Source of the DNA: a virus
Reading direction: 5' to 3' (one strand)
IMG/VR virus record: IMGVR_UViG_3300009285_002995
Location: 4,271-68,270 of that record
Length of the DNA stretch: 64,000 nt
The notes beneath the pieces were generated by a model that searched no databases, was not told where the DNA came from, and saw only the letters and a program-made list of their open reading frames with translations. Shown one piece after another: positions 17,561 through 26,660 of this stretch (within the stretch, counting starts at the first letter, position 1; every line of letters begins with the position of its first letter). The position numbers and the translations under genes were made by a program.

Positions 17561-18346
17561 ATGATAACAAAACTACAGGCACTATTGGAGTCAATGGTTT
17601 TATGGGAGGATATGGCAGAAACTGGGAAGGCTAACAAAAAAGACAGTAAGGTGTGGGACATAAATGGTGGAACCATACCTAGCCGTAGCAATGATTGTCC
17701 CTGCTGTGAGTATGTAATACAACAGGAAGGGGACGTTGAAGATGAGATGTGCAAGAAAAGCTGCCCTGCTTACGCAATATGGGGAAATCAAAGATGTGAT
17801 GCGCGTTCTTCTATTTACCGGAAATGGCGAGAAGCAAATACCTCTGAGGAAAGAAAGTTATACGCAAGCGAGATTGCACAAGGGTTTCGTAGGTTATATG
17901 AAGAAGAATTGTCGTACATCAAACAAAAGGAGAAAAAGGACATGAACAGACCATTTGAAGTAGGCGAACCGGTTTATGATGATGTGTTTATGGAGTGGGG
18001 GGAAGTGGACACGATTACACCAGGGTTGTCTTTCCCGGTAAGAATGAAGGCTCTCTCAAATGAAGTAAGACGTACATATACAGAGGATGGCCGGTATTTA
18101 CTTTCTGACAACCGACCCCAACTTCACCACGCTGACGAGATAGTGAATAATAGGTTGGTGATAGAAGTCCTGCCACCCCCGAAGAAGAAGGTCAAGAAGT
18201 TGGTATGGCTGAATTTCTATAAATTTAGACTACACAAATCGGTGGATGGCCCCTTTGACACCGAAGGAGAAGCAGGGGAAAATATAAGCTCTGCGAAAAA
18301 TTATACTGGCACCTTCCCTGCGGAAATTGAGGAGACAGAGGAATGA
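17561..18346 (+). CDS. two-domain hypothetical protein (Cys-rich N-terminal half)
   Basis: CPCC...C..SCP..C motifs; internal RBS and in-frame ATG at 17942. Confidence 0.6.
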   Translation: MITKLQALLESMVLWEDMAETGKANKKDSKVWDINGGTIPSRSNDCPCCEYVIQQEGDVEDEMCKKSCPAYAIWGNQRCDARSSIYRKWREANTSEERKLYASEIAQGFRRLYEEELSYIKQKEKKDMNRPFEVGEPVYDDVFMEWGEVDTITPGLSFPVRMKALSNEVRRTYTEDGRYLLSDNRPQLHHADEIVNNRLVIEVLPPPKKKVKKLVWLNFYKFRLHKSVDGPFDTEGEAGENISSAKNYTGTFPAEIEETEE

Positions 18347-18708
18347 CACAATTAATAGCCGACTTCAAAAAGTGGCTCACAGGCGAGCTTGGTGAGTGCT
18401 CACATGAATTTAGACCACACGCTTATGCAAAATCAATAAAAGTTTGCATTGCTTGTGGTAAGAGCTTTAATGCCCTTGTTAATCCACAAGAAGGAAACCG
18501 CACCTTCACCACATGGCAGGACTTCGGGGATGTGCTAATAGCAGCGCAGAAGAAGAAATGGTGGGGGAGTTTTGTAAGAACGCTATGGAATGACGGGGAT
18601 TATGGGATTTTATCATGTTCTGGATTATTACCTATCTACTACATCAACCCCTCAACCTTCTTCTGCGCCCTGCAAGAGTTTTGGGAGATAAATGTGAAGG
18701 AGAAATAG
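18343..18708 (+). CDS. hypothetical protein (GxCxH...CxxCG family)
   Basis: LGECSHE...CIACG; resembles 19548..19874. Confidence 0.6.
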   Translation: MTQLIADFKKWLTGELGECSHEFRPHAYAKSIKVCIACGKSFNALVNPQEGNRTFTTWQDFGDVLIAAQKKKWWGSFVRTLWNDGDYGILSCSGLLPIYYINPSTFFCALQEFWEINVKEK

Positions 18709-18709
18709 T

Positions 18710-18946
18710 ATGCCAATGGATTTTCCAGACTTAAAGAGTTTAAAGGGAGCAGCAAAAGTTCATAAATTTAGAGACATTAACGAAAACGAAACCGAGAAAG
18801 AATATCGAGAAGCGTTGGCTAACCATGTGCTCTCAATAGACAGAATAGAATCAGAAGAAATACGAAATGGAGTCGGTTGGGATAGATTTTCAACGGAACA
18901 AAACAAAAATATGTTGAGAAGGTGCGGCCTTAAAATGGAGGAATAG
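18710..18946 (+). CDS. hypothetical protein
   Basis: 78-aa ORF with RBS. Confidence 0.6.
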   Translation: MPMDFPDLKSLKGAAKVHKFRDINENETEKEYREALANHVLSIDRIESEEIRNGVGWDRFSTEQNKNMLRRCGLKMEE

Positions 18947-18962
18947 TTATGAAGGATGATAA

Positions 18963-19340
18963 ATGAAAGAAGATTTTCGTTTCATAAGAAAAAGGAAGGG
19001 GAATATTCTACATATATATGACCCCATTTTTAAGATTAACTACTACTATGTGTGTTGCCCGACACATAAGCGATTTCGTGAAATACTAGAAAAGGAAGCA
19101 AACATTACTGGACTTGCCGAGAAGAAAGGAACTGCGGGAGGGTGTGTAGTCAGTTATGATATTGGTGAGGTTTGTTGTATCTGGACAAACAAGAAGTGTG
19201 CTGGCCTTGTGGCACACGAGGTCTTGCACGCAATAACAATGCTAATTCGAGATGGTCACAAAATAGAGTTCAATGACCATACCGAAGAAATGTACTGCCT
19301 TGCGATGGAATATGCTGTCAAGGCGATAATGACAAAATAG
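18963..19340 (+). CDS. putative zinc metallopeptidase-like protein
   Basis: HExxH motif (AHEVLHA) and downstream EE. Confidence 0.55.
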   Translation: MKEDFRFIRKRKGNILHIYDPIFKINYYYVCCPTHKRFREILEKEANITGLAEKKGTAGGCVVSYDIGEVCCIWTNKKCAGLVAHEVLHAITMLIRDGHKIEFNDHTEEMYCLAMEYAVKAIMTK

Positions 19341-19358
19341 AAGTGTAAAGGGGGAGAA

Positions 19359-19532
19359 ATGAAACTGACCTGTAAACGATGTGGTGGTGTCACAAATTCA
19401 GTCTTGTCTGACCATGATTATCATGGCGAGGAAGCAAATTTCTGTTATCTACGATACGAGAATGGTGAGTGGGTAGATGGGTGTGCAAAGAAAGAAGAAA
19501 CCGACCCATCTGTTCTAATAATGGTTAAATGA
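19359..19532 (+). CDS. small CxxC protein (57 aa)
   Basis: GGGGAG RBS; MKLTCKRCGG. Confidence 0.5.
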   Translation: MKLTCKRCGGVTNSVLSDHDYHGEEANFCYLRYENGEWVDGCAKKEETDPSVLIMVK

Positions 19533-19547
19533 TTTAGGGGGTGTGAA

Positions 19548-19874
19548 ATGACCAAGACACAGACACAATACATCTATGGATTACTTGGGCGCTGTTACCA
19601 TGATGAAGCAGATGCTACGCCTTTTAGGGTTGGTGGTAAGCCAGAGATATGCTTGGAGTGTGGATTTGCCTTATATGAGGCGCATAGATTTAATCAAGAA
19701 ATAAATGGCAACGACTTCTTTGCGCTGGTGGGGGTGCTGGATGATATTGCATTGTCGTCCATAGAGGGGAAATTAATTAATGAATACCCGCATCTATTGC
19801 TATGGAAGATGCAGCAACCAGACTTCATCGAGCGTTTCTGCATTGAGGTCTGTAAGATGAAAGGGGTGGAGTGA
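19548..19874 (+). CDS. hypothetical protein (GxCxH...CxxCG family)
   Basis: LGRCYHDE...CLECG; probable paralogue of 18343..18708. Confidence 0.6.
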   Translation: MTKTQTQYIYGLLGRCYHDEADATPFRVGGKPEICLECGFALYEAHRFNQEINGNDFFALVGVLDDIALSSIEGKLINEYPHLLLWKMQQPDFIERFCIEVCKMKGVE

Positions 19875-20082
19875 TATGAGAACCTTACGAGAATATTTAA
19901 AGACTAATCATGTAGCGCATTGTAAATCCCACGGGTGGTTAGACATAGATGAAATAGAGGATAAGAAGTTTTGTAAATATTGTAAAAGGGGCTTATAGTG
20001 AAAGGGGTGTAATGATGGTATCAAATATTGATTGGTACATTTTTTACCGCAACCACGTTATGCGGAAATATTATTCGTATGA

Positions 20083-20391
20083 TTGGTGTTATGTTTTAAG
20101 TTTTTAATAATAAAAGGAGCCACCATGCAAATAGTCCCATCACAAGAACTGATAGATAGAATGATTGTCCTCGGATACCCTGCTGAAAACGGTTTCCATG
20201 TTGAGGAGATGGTGGAGTGGCTGAGAAGTAGAGTGTGGGTTAAAATATATGCCGATTTCTTAACCCAAACAATAGAGGCTGAAAATCCAAATTATAAATA
20301 TTCTCCGTCTGAGTGTTTAAAATCCATGTTGTTTAATTCAGACACCCTGTCAAACGCCGTAGCTCAGGCTGTGATATGGGTGCTTGAGTAG
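20083..20391 (+). CDS. hypothetical protein (true start probably MQIVPS, about 20125)
   Basis: AAGGAG RBS before the internal ATG. Confidence 0.55.
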   Translation: MVLCFKFLIIKGATMQIVPSQELIDRMIVLGYPAENGFHVEEMVEWLRSRVWVKIYADFLTQTIEAENPNYKYSPSECLKSMLFNSDTLSNAVAQAVIWVLE

Positions 20392-20405
20392 GAGGAGGAG
20401 TAGAA

Positions 20406-20630
20406 ATGAAAGGAAGGCAGTTTAAGAAAAACCTTAAAAAACTTATTATGATTATGGGCAGTGACGAGATGCCAGAACAATTTAAATCCTTAGCTTTTGG
20501 ATTTGCTTCTATGGCAAAGGAGCTTAAAGGTTTCCTTTCTGTTCATAAAAAAGAATGGATTGACAGTCAAAGTTATGACTGCTACGGTGGCAGCAAGCAA
20601 GAGAGTGGGGGTGGGAGAAATGAAAGTTAA
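20406..20630 (+). CDS. hypothetical protein
   Basis: GGAGGAGGAG RBS. Confidence 0.55.
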   Translation: MKGRQFKKNLKKLIMIMGSDEMPEQFKSLAFGFASMAKELKGFLSVHKKEWIDSQSYDCYGGSKQESGGGRNES

Positions 20631-20778
20631 AATCGAACAAAAACTAATTGACCCGGATTGTTGTTTCGGATGCCAAGTAAAAATTGGTGGGCCTATGCCT
20701 CAATGTGCGCTTGGTTATTGGTATGCCAACCCCGATGCAAAAAGGCCACAAATCTGTAAAGACAAACAAGGAGAGTAG
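20620..20778 (+). CDS. small Cys-rich protein
   Basis: MKVKIEQ...CCFGC...C...RPQIC; GGGAG RBS. Confidence 0.5.
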   Translation: MKVKIEQKLIDPDCCFGCQVKIGGPMPQCALGYWYANPDAKRPQICKDKQGE

Positions 20779-20781
20779 ACT

Positions 20782-20955
20782 ATGAAAACACGAACCAAAA
20801 GATTTATTTGTGATGATTGCGGGGCAGTAGAATTTGACGTAACAGTTGAGCCAGCATTTGAAAACCAGCCAGTTACAAAAGACCAACAAGAGTGGTTAGA
20901 TGATATTAGCTATTGCCCTGTTTGTGGTAATAGTAATCTTGAGGAGAAGAAATGA
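20782..20955 (+). CDS. small zinc-ribbon protein (57 aa)
   Basis: FICDDCG...YCPVCGN; AAGGAG RBS. Confidence 0.6.
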   Translation: MKTRTKRFICDDCGAVEFDVTVEPAFENQPVTKDQQEWLDDISYCPVCGNSNLEEKK

Positions 20956-21107
20956 GTAAATGGCCTTTCATAGCCTTGGGTGTATATCTGTTTATTATTA
21001 GTATTTTGAAACTGATTATAGATGGAAAAACGAATGATGCAGTAACAGTTGGCTATTTGTTCTGTGCTGCAATAGCCTTTGCAATTTATTGGAAGGAGAA
21101 GAAATGA
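20952..21107 (+). CDS. small membrane protein with two hydrophobic segments (51 aa)
   Basis: MSKWPFIALGVYLFIISIL...VGYLFCAAIAFAIYW; ATGA-coupled at both ends. Confidence 0.55.
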   Translation: MSKWPFIALGVYLFIISILKLIIDGKTNDAVTVGYLFCAAIAFAIYWKEKK

Positions 21108-21406
21108 CTGTCCCAAATGAAGGCAGCTCAATAAATTATGAAGTTCCTCCAATCTCTATATTTGACCTCGTGCCATATAAAAATTGTGTGGGGGAACAGG
21201 TTGTATGTGTTGACGATTATGGGAGCAACAAAGTGAAGAGAGGGGAAATTTATACAGTAACAAAATTTAAAAATGGGCATATCTGGATTGATAAATTTAA
21301 AGACTATCAAGCAATATGGTTCTCTGGTTCCCGTTTTAAAAAATATAAGGCTGTCTATAACAGAATTGAATATACATTACAAATAAATGTGAAGGAGAGA
21401 AAATGA
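21104..21406 (+). CDS. hypothetical protein (SH3-like)
   Basis: VGEQVVCVD...RGEIYTV...FSGSRF pattern. Confidence 0.5.
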   Translation: MTVPNEGSSINYEVPPISIFDLVPYKNCVGEQVVCVDDYGSNKVKRGEIYTVTKFKNGHIWIDKFKDYQAIWFSGSRFKKYKAVYNRIEYTLQINVKERK

Positions 21407-21612
21407 AAACAACAATTACATTACGAATGGACGAGAACCACGGTAAAAAATATCGTCAAATGGTCAGAGGTTCAAAGAGTTTTGAGGTAGCTCCTACAAG
21501 ATTGGAGCGTTGTAAAAACCTGCCGTTGAAATTGTCAAGAATAGATTATTTGATATTAGGCATTGTTGCTGCCATGAGTTTCATGGCGTATTTTATAGGA
21601 GGGACAAGATGA
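21403..21612 (+). CDS. small protein with C-terminal transmembrane segment
   Basis: ATGA-coupled; hydrophobic C-terminus. Confidence 0.5.
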   Translation: MKTTITLRMDENHGKKYRQMVRGSKSFEVAPTRLERCKNLPLKLSRIDYLILGIVAAMSFMAYFIGGTR

Positions 21613-22073
21613 ATTTAAAAGACATGACAGAAGAAGAATTACAAGCTTACAAGTGTCCCAGCCCCAAAACATTGGAAGAACTTACAGATATTATTAAACA
21701 ATTAACAGAACGTGAACATGACTATGGAACCTGTGTCTATGCCATGAGCATAGCAGCATTGGCAACTTTTTACTATGTTTCCTATCGTTTAGGGGTTACT
21801 GGATTTCAGGCTTCTTGTGCTGACTTGGAATTCTTAAAAAGGTCACGCAATATGGAATCTGGATTTAGGATTATAAATTACCATTACCTTCTCTATCCTC
21901 AGTGTTTAAATTCAGAACATTTCCCAACCATTGAAAAACTTGAGGCAGAAAACAAGGAAGAGTTGGGTAAAAAGGCATTAGAATTGTTAAATAAAAACCC
22001 TAACGCACACCCTAATGTATTGGCAAGATGGAGATGCCTCTACGAGGCGTCTTATAAGGGGGCAGGAGAATGA
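21609..22073 (+). CDS. hypothetical phage protein
   Basis: 154 aa, HDYGT...GVTGFQA; ATGA-coupled. Confidence 0.65.
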   Translation: MNLKDMTEEELQAYKCPSPKTLEELTDIIKQLTEREHDYGTCVYAMSIAALATFYYVSYRLGVTGFQASCADLEFLKRSRNMESGFRIINYHYLLYPQCLNSEHFPTIEKLEAENKEELGKKALELLNKNPNAHPNVLARWRCLYEASYKGAGE

Positions 22074-22591
22074 AAAAGCACCAAAGATACGATAGCCTAA
22101 TACAATGGTATACACAATGTTACCCCTCTACATTTGATGCAGATTGGCTTTGGCGTAAGGCTCAGATAGCACAAGAGAGTGCCTTTGACTCTGATGCAGA
22201 GAATAAAAGGAGCCATGCCAAAGGGCTTTCTCAGTTTATGGATGCCACTTGGAAAGAGTGGTGGGATGGAACTCCTGGAATACAAGACCTGCCCATTAAC
22301 CCTCTACACATCAACCAGTTTGACCCTGAGGATGTTATAAAGGCTCAGTGTGCCTATATGAGTTGGATTGAGAAGTGGGTAGGGGCTAAATTTTTAGTAT
22401 ATGCTGACCCAGTTTTAAGAGATAGGCATGTATTACAACATGCTTTATACTCTTACAATTGGGGTATAGGGAACTGGCTGAAATGGTACAGGGTGGGTGG
22501 TAAAATAGCTCTACTGCCAGAGGAGACAAAGGACTATTATGACCGAATACTTAAACTCTATATCGAGGGGTATGATGAAACATGGAAATGA
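22070..22591 (+). CDS. SLT-family lytic transglycosylase (possible endolysin)
   Basis: AQESAF (catalytic Glu), AKGLSQFM, SYNWGIG, ETKDYY. Confidence 0.88.
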   Translation: MKKHQRYDSLIQWYTQCYPSTFDADWLWRKAQIAQESAFDSDAENKRSHAKGLSQFMDATWKEWWDGTPGIQDLPINPLHINQFDPEDVIKAQCAYMSWIEKWVGAKFLVYADPVLRDRHVLQHALYSYNWGIGNWLKWYRVGGKIALLPEETKDYYDRILKLYIEGYDETWK

Positions 22592-22803
22592 AAACAGAAC
22601 TTGAGAAGATGGAATGGATTGCCTATACTACCACTTGGGCATCTTTGAATTTACTTCATGAGTTTGATGGAATGACATATTAGAAAGTATCATGGACCAA
22701 TGGTGGAGGGGCAAGAGGAAAGACTGCTCATGAAGCTCTGGATACAGCCATAGAATATATAAAAGAACATCCTGAATATATATTAAGAAAGGAGAAACCA
22801 TGA
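22588..22803 (+). pseudogene. 71-codon gene interrupted by an in-frame TAG at 22681-22683
   Basis: MKTELEK...GMTY*KVSWTNGGGARGKTAHEALDTAIEY...EKP; ATGA overlaps with both neighbours. Confidence 0.55.
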
Positions 22804-22994
22804 TAAACACTAAGCAAGAAGTTAAAACAAATAAAGGTGAGCTATTAACAAGGATTAGGGAAGTTATTACCGAGTTCAGAGAAACCACAGGGGTAAGAGT
22901 CACACACGTAAAACTTGAATGGTATAATAGTGCTACATCGGCTGATTTAGTTCCAAACCTTGTTCATGTTGAGGTGGCCGTTGAAATAGAATAA
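22800..22994 (+). CDS. hypothetical protein, tandem paralogue A
   Basis: MINTKQE...EFRETTGVRVT..K..W...PN.V. Confidence 0.7.
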   Translation: MINTKQEVKTNKGELLTRIREVITEFRETTGVRVTHVKLEWYNSATSADLVPNLVHVEVAVEIE

Positions 22995-23011
22995 AACTTG
23001 AGGAGGTGAAA

Positions 23012-23182
23012 ATGATAAACACCAAACAGGAATTAATAGATAGAATTTCCGAAGCCATAGAGGAGTTCAAAAAAACCACAGGCGTAAGAGTTACAAACAT
23101 AAAGATTGTGTGGGATAATGCCACAGCAATTGGTTTATCCCCAAACCATGTTCAATTAGGAATAGACATTGATATGAAATAA
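23012..23182 (+). CDS. hypothetical protein, tandem paralogue B (56 aa)
   Basis: MINTKQELIDRISEAIEEFKKTTGVRVTNIKIVW...; GGAGGTG RBS. Confidence 0.7.
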   Translation: MINTKQELIDRISEAIEEFKKTTGVRVTNIKIVWDNATAIGLSPNHVQLGIDIDMK

Positions 23183-23200
23183 AAACTTGAGGAGGGAAAA

Positions 23201-23434
23201 ATGGTAAAGAAGATAAAATATTTTTGTAACACCTGTAAAATGTTCATAAATGAAGTACATCAGAAAAAGGTATACGTTACTCTAAGAATTTGGAAACCAT
23301 TTAAAGGGAAAGCCTGTCCATATGTTATTAAAAAAGAGAGTAACATAGAAACGGTAGAAGGGAAAATGTACTGCCCAAAATGTAATCTTCCAACAATAGA
23401 GGTAAGATTTTTCCCAAGTGGGGAGAAGTTTTAA
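23201..23434 (+). CDS. zinc-ribbon protein
   Basis: YFCNTC...YCPKCN. Confidence 0.6.
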   Translation: MVKKIKYFCNTCKMFINEVHQKKVYVTLRIWKPFKGKACPYVIKKESNIETVEGKMYCPKCNLPTIEVRFFPSGEKF

Positions 23435-23443
23435 GAAGGAAAT

Positions 23444-23479
23444 AAAAACCCTTCTATACCATTTAAGATATAGAAGGGT
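23444..23479 (-). terminator. intrinsic terminator where the two arms converge
   Basis: 11-bp stem ACCCTTCTATA/TATAGAAGGGT with a U-tract on the - strand. Confidence 0.75.
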
Positions 23480-23503
23480 GGGCTTTAACTCTCCTTTACT
23501 TCT

Positions 23504-24010
23504 TTATTTTTCAAGCCCTATCAGTGTACCATTAATATAATCTGGAATTTCCCCCGGCCTGATAGCTATATCAGTTTGCACAACCCCGGCGTTCCGGTAG
23601 CAGTCAATCACAAATTCCGAGCAGTAATACCGGGCGGCGTTCAGCGATACCCGACCAAACAGGTTAAACACCACCCCCTGCACATCATAACGTACATGCT
23701 CAAACAGCTTGCACAAGGCAAAAATTCTCATCAGCTCACGCTTTTCGTGTGGCAGTGTGGTTTTATATAAAAACGCCTCACCGTGTTTGCCTCCAAGCAT
23801 TGACGATAACCGGGACGGCTCAAGATGAGGCCATACCGCCTCTATGATACAAATACGATTATCATCACCGCAAAACTCATCCATGCGCACCACCAGAGAT
23901 GCGTGAGAATACTCTGAAAACAACCGAATTACCCTGCTGACAAGACTATTTCCTTTCCATAGAATAATGTCGCCAGTCTGTATCCATGGGCGAGCGTCAG
24001 AGTAAAGCAT
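23504..24010 (-). CDS. permuted papain-like NlpC/P60 enzyme (YiiX/YebB-like)
   Basis: QTGDIILW, YSHA (His before Cys), RYD, YYCSEFV. Confidence 0.8.
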   Translation of the reverse strand: MLYSDARPWIQTGDIILWKGNSLVSRVIRLFSEYSHASLVVRMDEFCGDDNRICIIEAVWPHLEPSRLSSMLGGKHGEAFLYKTTLPHEKRELMRIFALCKLFEHVRYDVQGVVFNLFGRVSLNAARYYCSEFVIDCYRNAGVVQTDIAIRPGEIPDYINGTLIGLEK

Positions 24011-24012
24011 GA

Positions 24013-24231
24013 TTATACCGGGTTAGCCGGGTCAATATCATCGTCCGGCACACAAAGTAGCTGCCGCACCAGTTTTAAAATGGGGACGAGTTTAGGGTTT
24101 TTCAGTTCAACCGCATCAAGAATTGCGTCAACGGTATCTGTGGGGAATAGTTTCTTGATGTGTTCCACGAAGTTAAGTATCTGGATTGCTTTGGTGATTG
24201 TTGCCATGATGTTTCTCCTATCTGCTGACAA
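24013..24231 (-). CDS. small hypothetical protein (likely start MATITK)
   Basis: AGGAG RBS before the internal ATG; amphipathic. Confidence 0.5.
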   Translation of the reverse strand: MSADRRNIMATITKAIQILNFVEHIKKLFPTDTVDAILDAVELKNPKLVPILKLVRQLLCVPDDDIDPANPV

Positions 24232-24841
24232 GGGTTAAAAGTTTTATGTCTTTGCTTGCGACTCCATAGTGCGTCCACTTTTTATTGAAGTAGGCCGCAA
24301 CATCTTTGTCGCTTTTCCCGGAGAGTTTATTGACGATGCCTGTTGAGTCCTTCAGGTGGCTCCATACGTCACCTGCGGCGGTAATAAAGTACACATGCCA
24401 GCCTTTCATATTGGTGGTATCTGCGACAAATGCAAGCTTTCCGCCGGGCATAAAATAATCACAGAGCAGCGCATAATCCCCACAAGAACCGCCGTTTATA
24501 ATAAAGGTTGCCCACGGCTGTATAACAGGGTCAAACCCACTGTTGCCGCCGATAAGCGGAGTGTCATAGCGAAGGTTGTCAAGAAGTTTCTGCCACTCCT
24601 GAGGCTTATTCTTAATAGCTTCCATATTTTTTTTAGTGGTTGAAACAATGCCTGCCGGGACAAAGGCACTAATGATTCCCTGTATGATTTCACTGCCGGT
24701 TTTGAATAACTGAAACACCACCTTTACTTTTTCATCTGGCGGCAGATTGCCCATCAGTGTCTTGTCTGACATTTTCTGAAAGTTGTTTTTCGCTGCTCTT
24801 ATTTGCGCTAACTTACCCTGCGGTACTTTAAAAAGTTCCAT
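24218..24841 (-). CDS. transglutaminase-like cysteine enzyme
   Basis: LRYD...GGSCGDYA...WHVYF. Confidence 0.55.
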   Translation of the reverse strand: MELFKVPQGKLAQIRAAKNNFQKMSDKTLMGNLPPDEKVKVVFQLFKTGSEIIQGIISAFVPAGIVSTTKKNMEAIKNKPQEWQKLLDNLRYDTPLIGGNSGFDPVIQPWATFIINGGSCGDYALLCDYFMPGGKLAFVADTTNMKGWHVYFITAAGDVWSHLKDSTGIVNKLSGKSDKDVAAYFNKKWTHYGVASKDIKLLTLVSR

Positions 24842-24866
24842 AATTTCTCCTTATTTTATTTATTCT

Positions 24867-25514
24867 TTACCAAGTCACATTACAATTTACAAGTTGGTGT
24901 ACAGAAGGTTGAAGCATATAAGCCTTTGTTATATTAGTCACAGGATCGAACGGGCCGAGTGGCTCAAGATAATCAATAAAGACTATCATCTCTGGGTTGT
25001 CCTTACAAATCGCCCAAGTCCATCCGTGGTTTGCTTTCCCATCAGAAATAGATGGACAGGGTTTCACTCTAAGCTGTCCCTGTATCATACCTATAATAGC
25101 CAGATACCATTCAATATTGACAGCCCCAAACAAACCAAGAGCCAGCTTCTCTCCCATCAGCCCCGTAGCATAATCAGCACACTGGTAGTCAAGGAAGGAC
25201 TTACCTAAATGAGAGGTAGCCATTTGCAAGAAAAGCCGTAAGTCTTTATACAGGGGGGCATAGTAAGACCGTGACAGGTTGTGCTGTCTTTCCATAGGCA
25301 CGCCATAGCTTGCCCACAGCCTTTGTATGTGACTCTCATCAAGTTTAAGCCCTGCTACTTTAAGGTCAGGAAGTCCATAAGCGGCAGAGTCATGCTCCTG
25401 ATACCTCTTGATAAGAGCATCCCTTTCGGCTATTTGCTGGTTACAACTGGTATGCAGAAAATCAAATAAAGCCATCTTAACCTCTATGGAAGCCCTCAAA
25501 CTAAGGGCATCCAA
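24867..25514 (-). CDS. papain/transglutaminase-like cysteine enzyme (likely start MALFDF)
   Basis: YQCADYA...NHGW...IDYLEP resembles the DCDDFA...HA family. Confidence 0.5.
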   Translation of the reverse strand: MDALSLRASIEVKMALFDFLHTSCNQQIAERDALIKRYQEHDSAAYGLPDLKVAGLKLDESHIQRLWASYGVPMERQHNLSRSYYAPLYKDLRLFLQMATSHLGKSFLDYQCADYATGLMGEKLALGLFGAVNIEWYLAIIGMIQGQLRVKPCPSISDGKANHGWTWAICKDNPEMIVFIDYLEPLGPFDPVTNITKAYMLQPSVHQLVNCNVTW

Positions 25515-25521
25515 AAAAGAA

Positions 25522-25878
25522 TCACTTAATAGTAAGTAGCAAATTCTTTATAACTGTGAGTGGTCTCCTGTAACTTACCTCGTTACTTGGAGGACTTTCA
25601 AATCCATCAGTTTCGTCATAGGCAGTGAGTATAAAATAATACTTCTTCTTTGGATAGGTGCTCTGAAAGGCGGCAATCGTATAGGTAATGGCAGACGGAT
25701 TAGGTATCTCAATTACAGCGGTGCTATATGGCCCTCCAGCAGTTTCTCCTATCTTGAGCCGGAAGCTGGATATGTCTGCCTTGTCAATATAATCGTCCCA
25801 AGCCAGTGTAATATCCGTTGCATACGACATGGAAACGGAGCATAGAAAAACCAATACAGTTAAAAGTATCTTCTTCAT
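25522..25878 (-). CDS. secreted fibronectin type III domain protein
   Basis: Signal peptide ending SYA; ITLAWD...YYFILTAYD..GFESPPSNEV. Confidence 0.8.
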   Translation of the reverse strand: MKKILLTVLVFLCSVSMSYATDITLAWDDYIDKADISSFRLKIGETAGGPYSTAVIEIPNPSAITYTIAAFQSTYPKKKYYFILTAYDETDGFESPPSNEVSYRRPLTVIKNLLLTIK

Positions 25879-25887
25879 AGAACCTCC

Positions 25888-26106
25888 TTACTTAATTATA
25901 ACCGAGTGTTGTGGTCCAAGATTAATGCCCCCAAGATAGTTAAACACACCACACCAATACAGGATATAGACAACCAGAATTATTGGCACAGCTATATTTA
26001 AAATCTGGAGAATAGTTCCTTGCATATAAGGGCCAAGAAACTTATTCACCGCCCACAGTAAAACTCCTACAGCAACAATAATAACGATTAATTGAATTAA
26101 TGGCAT
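25888..26106 (-). CDS. small two-TM membrane protein (Thivi_2564-like, possible holin)
   Basis: MPLIQLIVIIVAVGVLLWAVN...ILNIAV; two hydrophobic helices. Confidence 0.6.
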   Translation of the reverse strand: MPLIQLIVIIVAVGVLLWAVNKFLGPYMQGTILQILNIAVPIILVVYILYWCGVFNYLGGINLGPQHSVIIK

Positions 26107-26135
26107 ATCGTCCTCCTTACGTTATTTGATTAAAC

Positions 26136-26600
26136 TCATTTCATGTTACTCCAAAAGTGTAGAGCTATTTGACATATTATAAAAAACACCCCTATTGCTA
26201 CCGTCCAGACAACTGACCTTGTTTCAAGAACAAGAATACGATTCCCTATCACATTAATTCTGTCAGTAGTTAAATTAGTCATAAGCTCCAAAGACTTGTG
26301 ATTTATCATGTATGTGTCTTTACGCACAAATTCCTCTCTATCTCGTACCACATCAGCCCTGAGTTGATTCAATCCTTCCAACCTTCGTTCAAGTTCTATT
26401 GCTTTTATATTCAGGGCTTTGTCCATCCCGTCCAGCTTGGCATCGAGAGCATCCTTTCTTAAAACGGTAGCCATATCTATGGCGTGGATGCGTTCACCAA
26501 TTGCAGAAACATGTAAAGCTATTTTCTGCTCCAGTTCCTTGTGTTTAGTTTCACAGAGCTTAACAAACATGTGCTTGTCAGAACATTTCTCATCACTCAT
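26136..26600 (-). CDS. coiled-coil protein with C-terminal TM (lysis-region membrane protein)
   Basis: Heptads followed by VVWTVAIGVFFIICQIAL. Confidence 0.55.
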   Translation of the reverse strand: MSDEKCSDKHMFVKLCETKHKELEQKIALHVSAIGERIHAIDMATVLRKDALDAKLDGMDKALNIKAIELERRLEGLNQLRADVVRDREEFVRKDTYMINHKSLELMTNLTTDRINVIGNRILVLETRSVVWTVAIGVFFIICQIALHFWSNMK

Positions 26601-26660
26601 TTCAATCCCTCCTTTTCAAGCACATTGTATCTAAGGTCACAGAACTCATGTCATAACTCC

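Noticed and set aside
19359-19874. Second possible Sec readthrough at TGA 19530, in frame with ORF 19548
   Set aside because: The context K*FRGC is not a redox motif, I see no convincing hairpin, and the downstream ATG has its own G-rich RBS.
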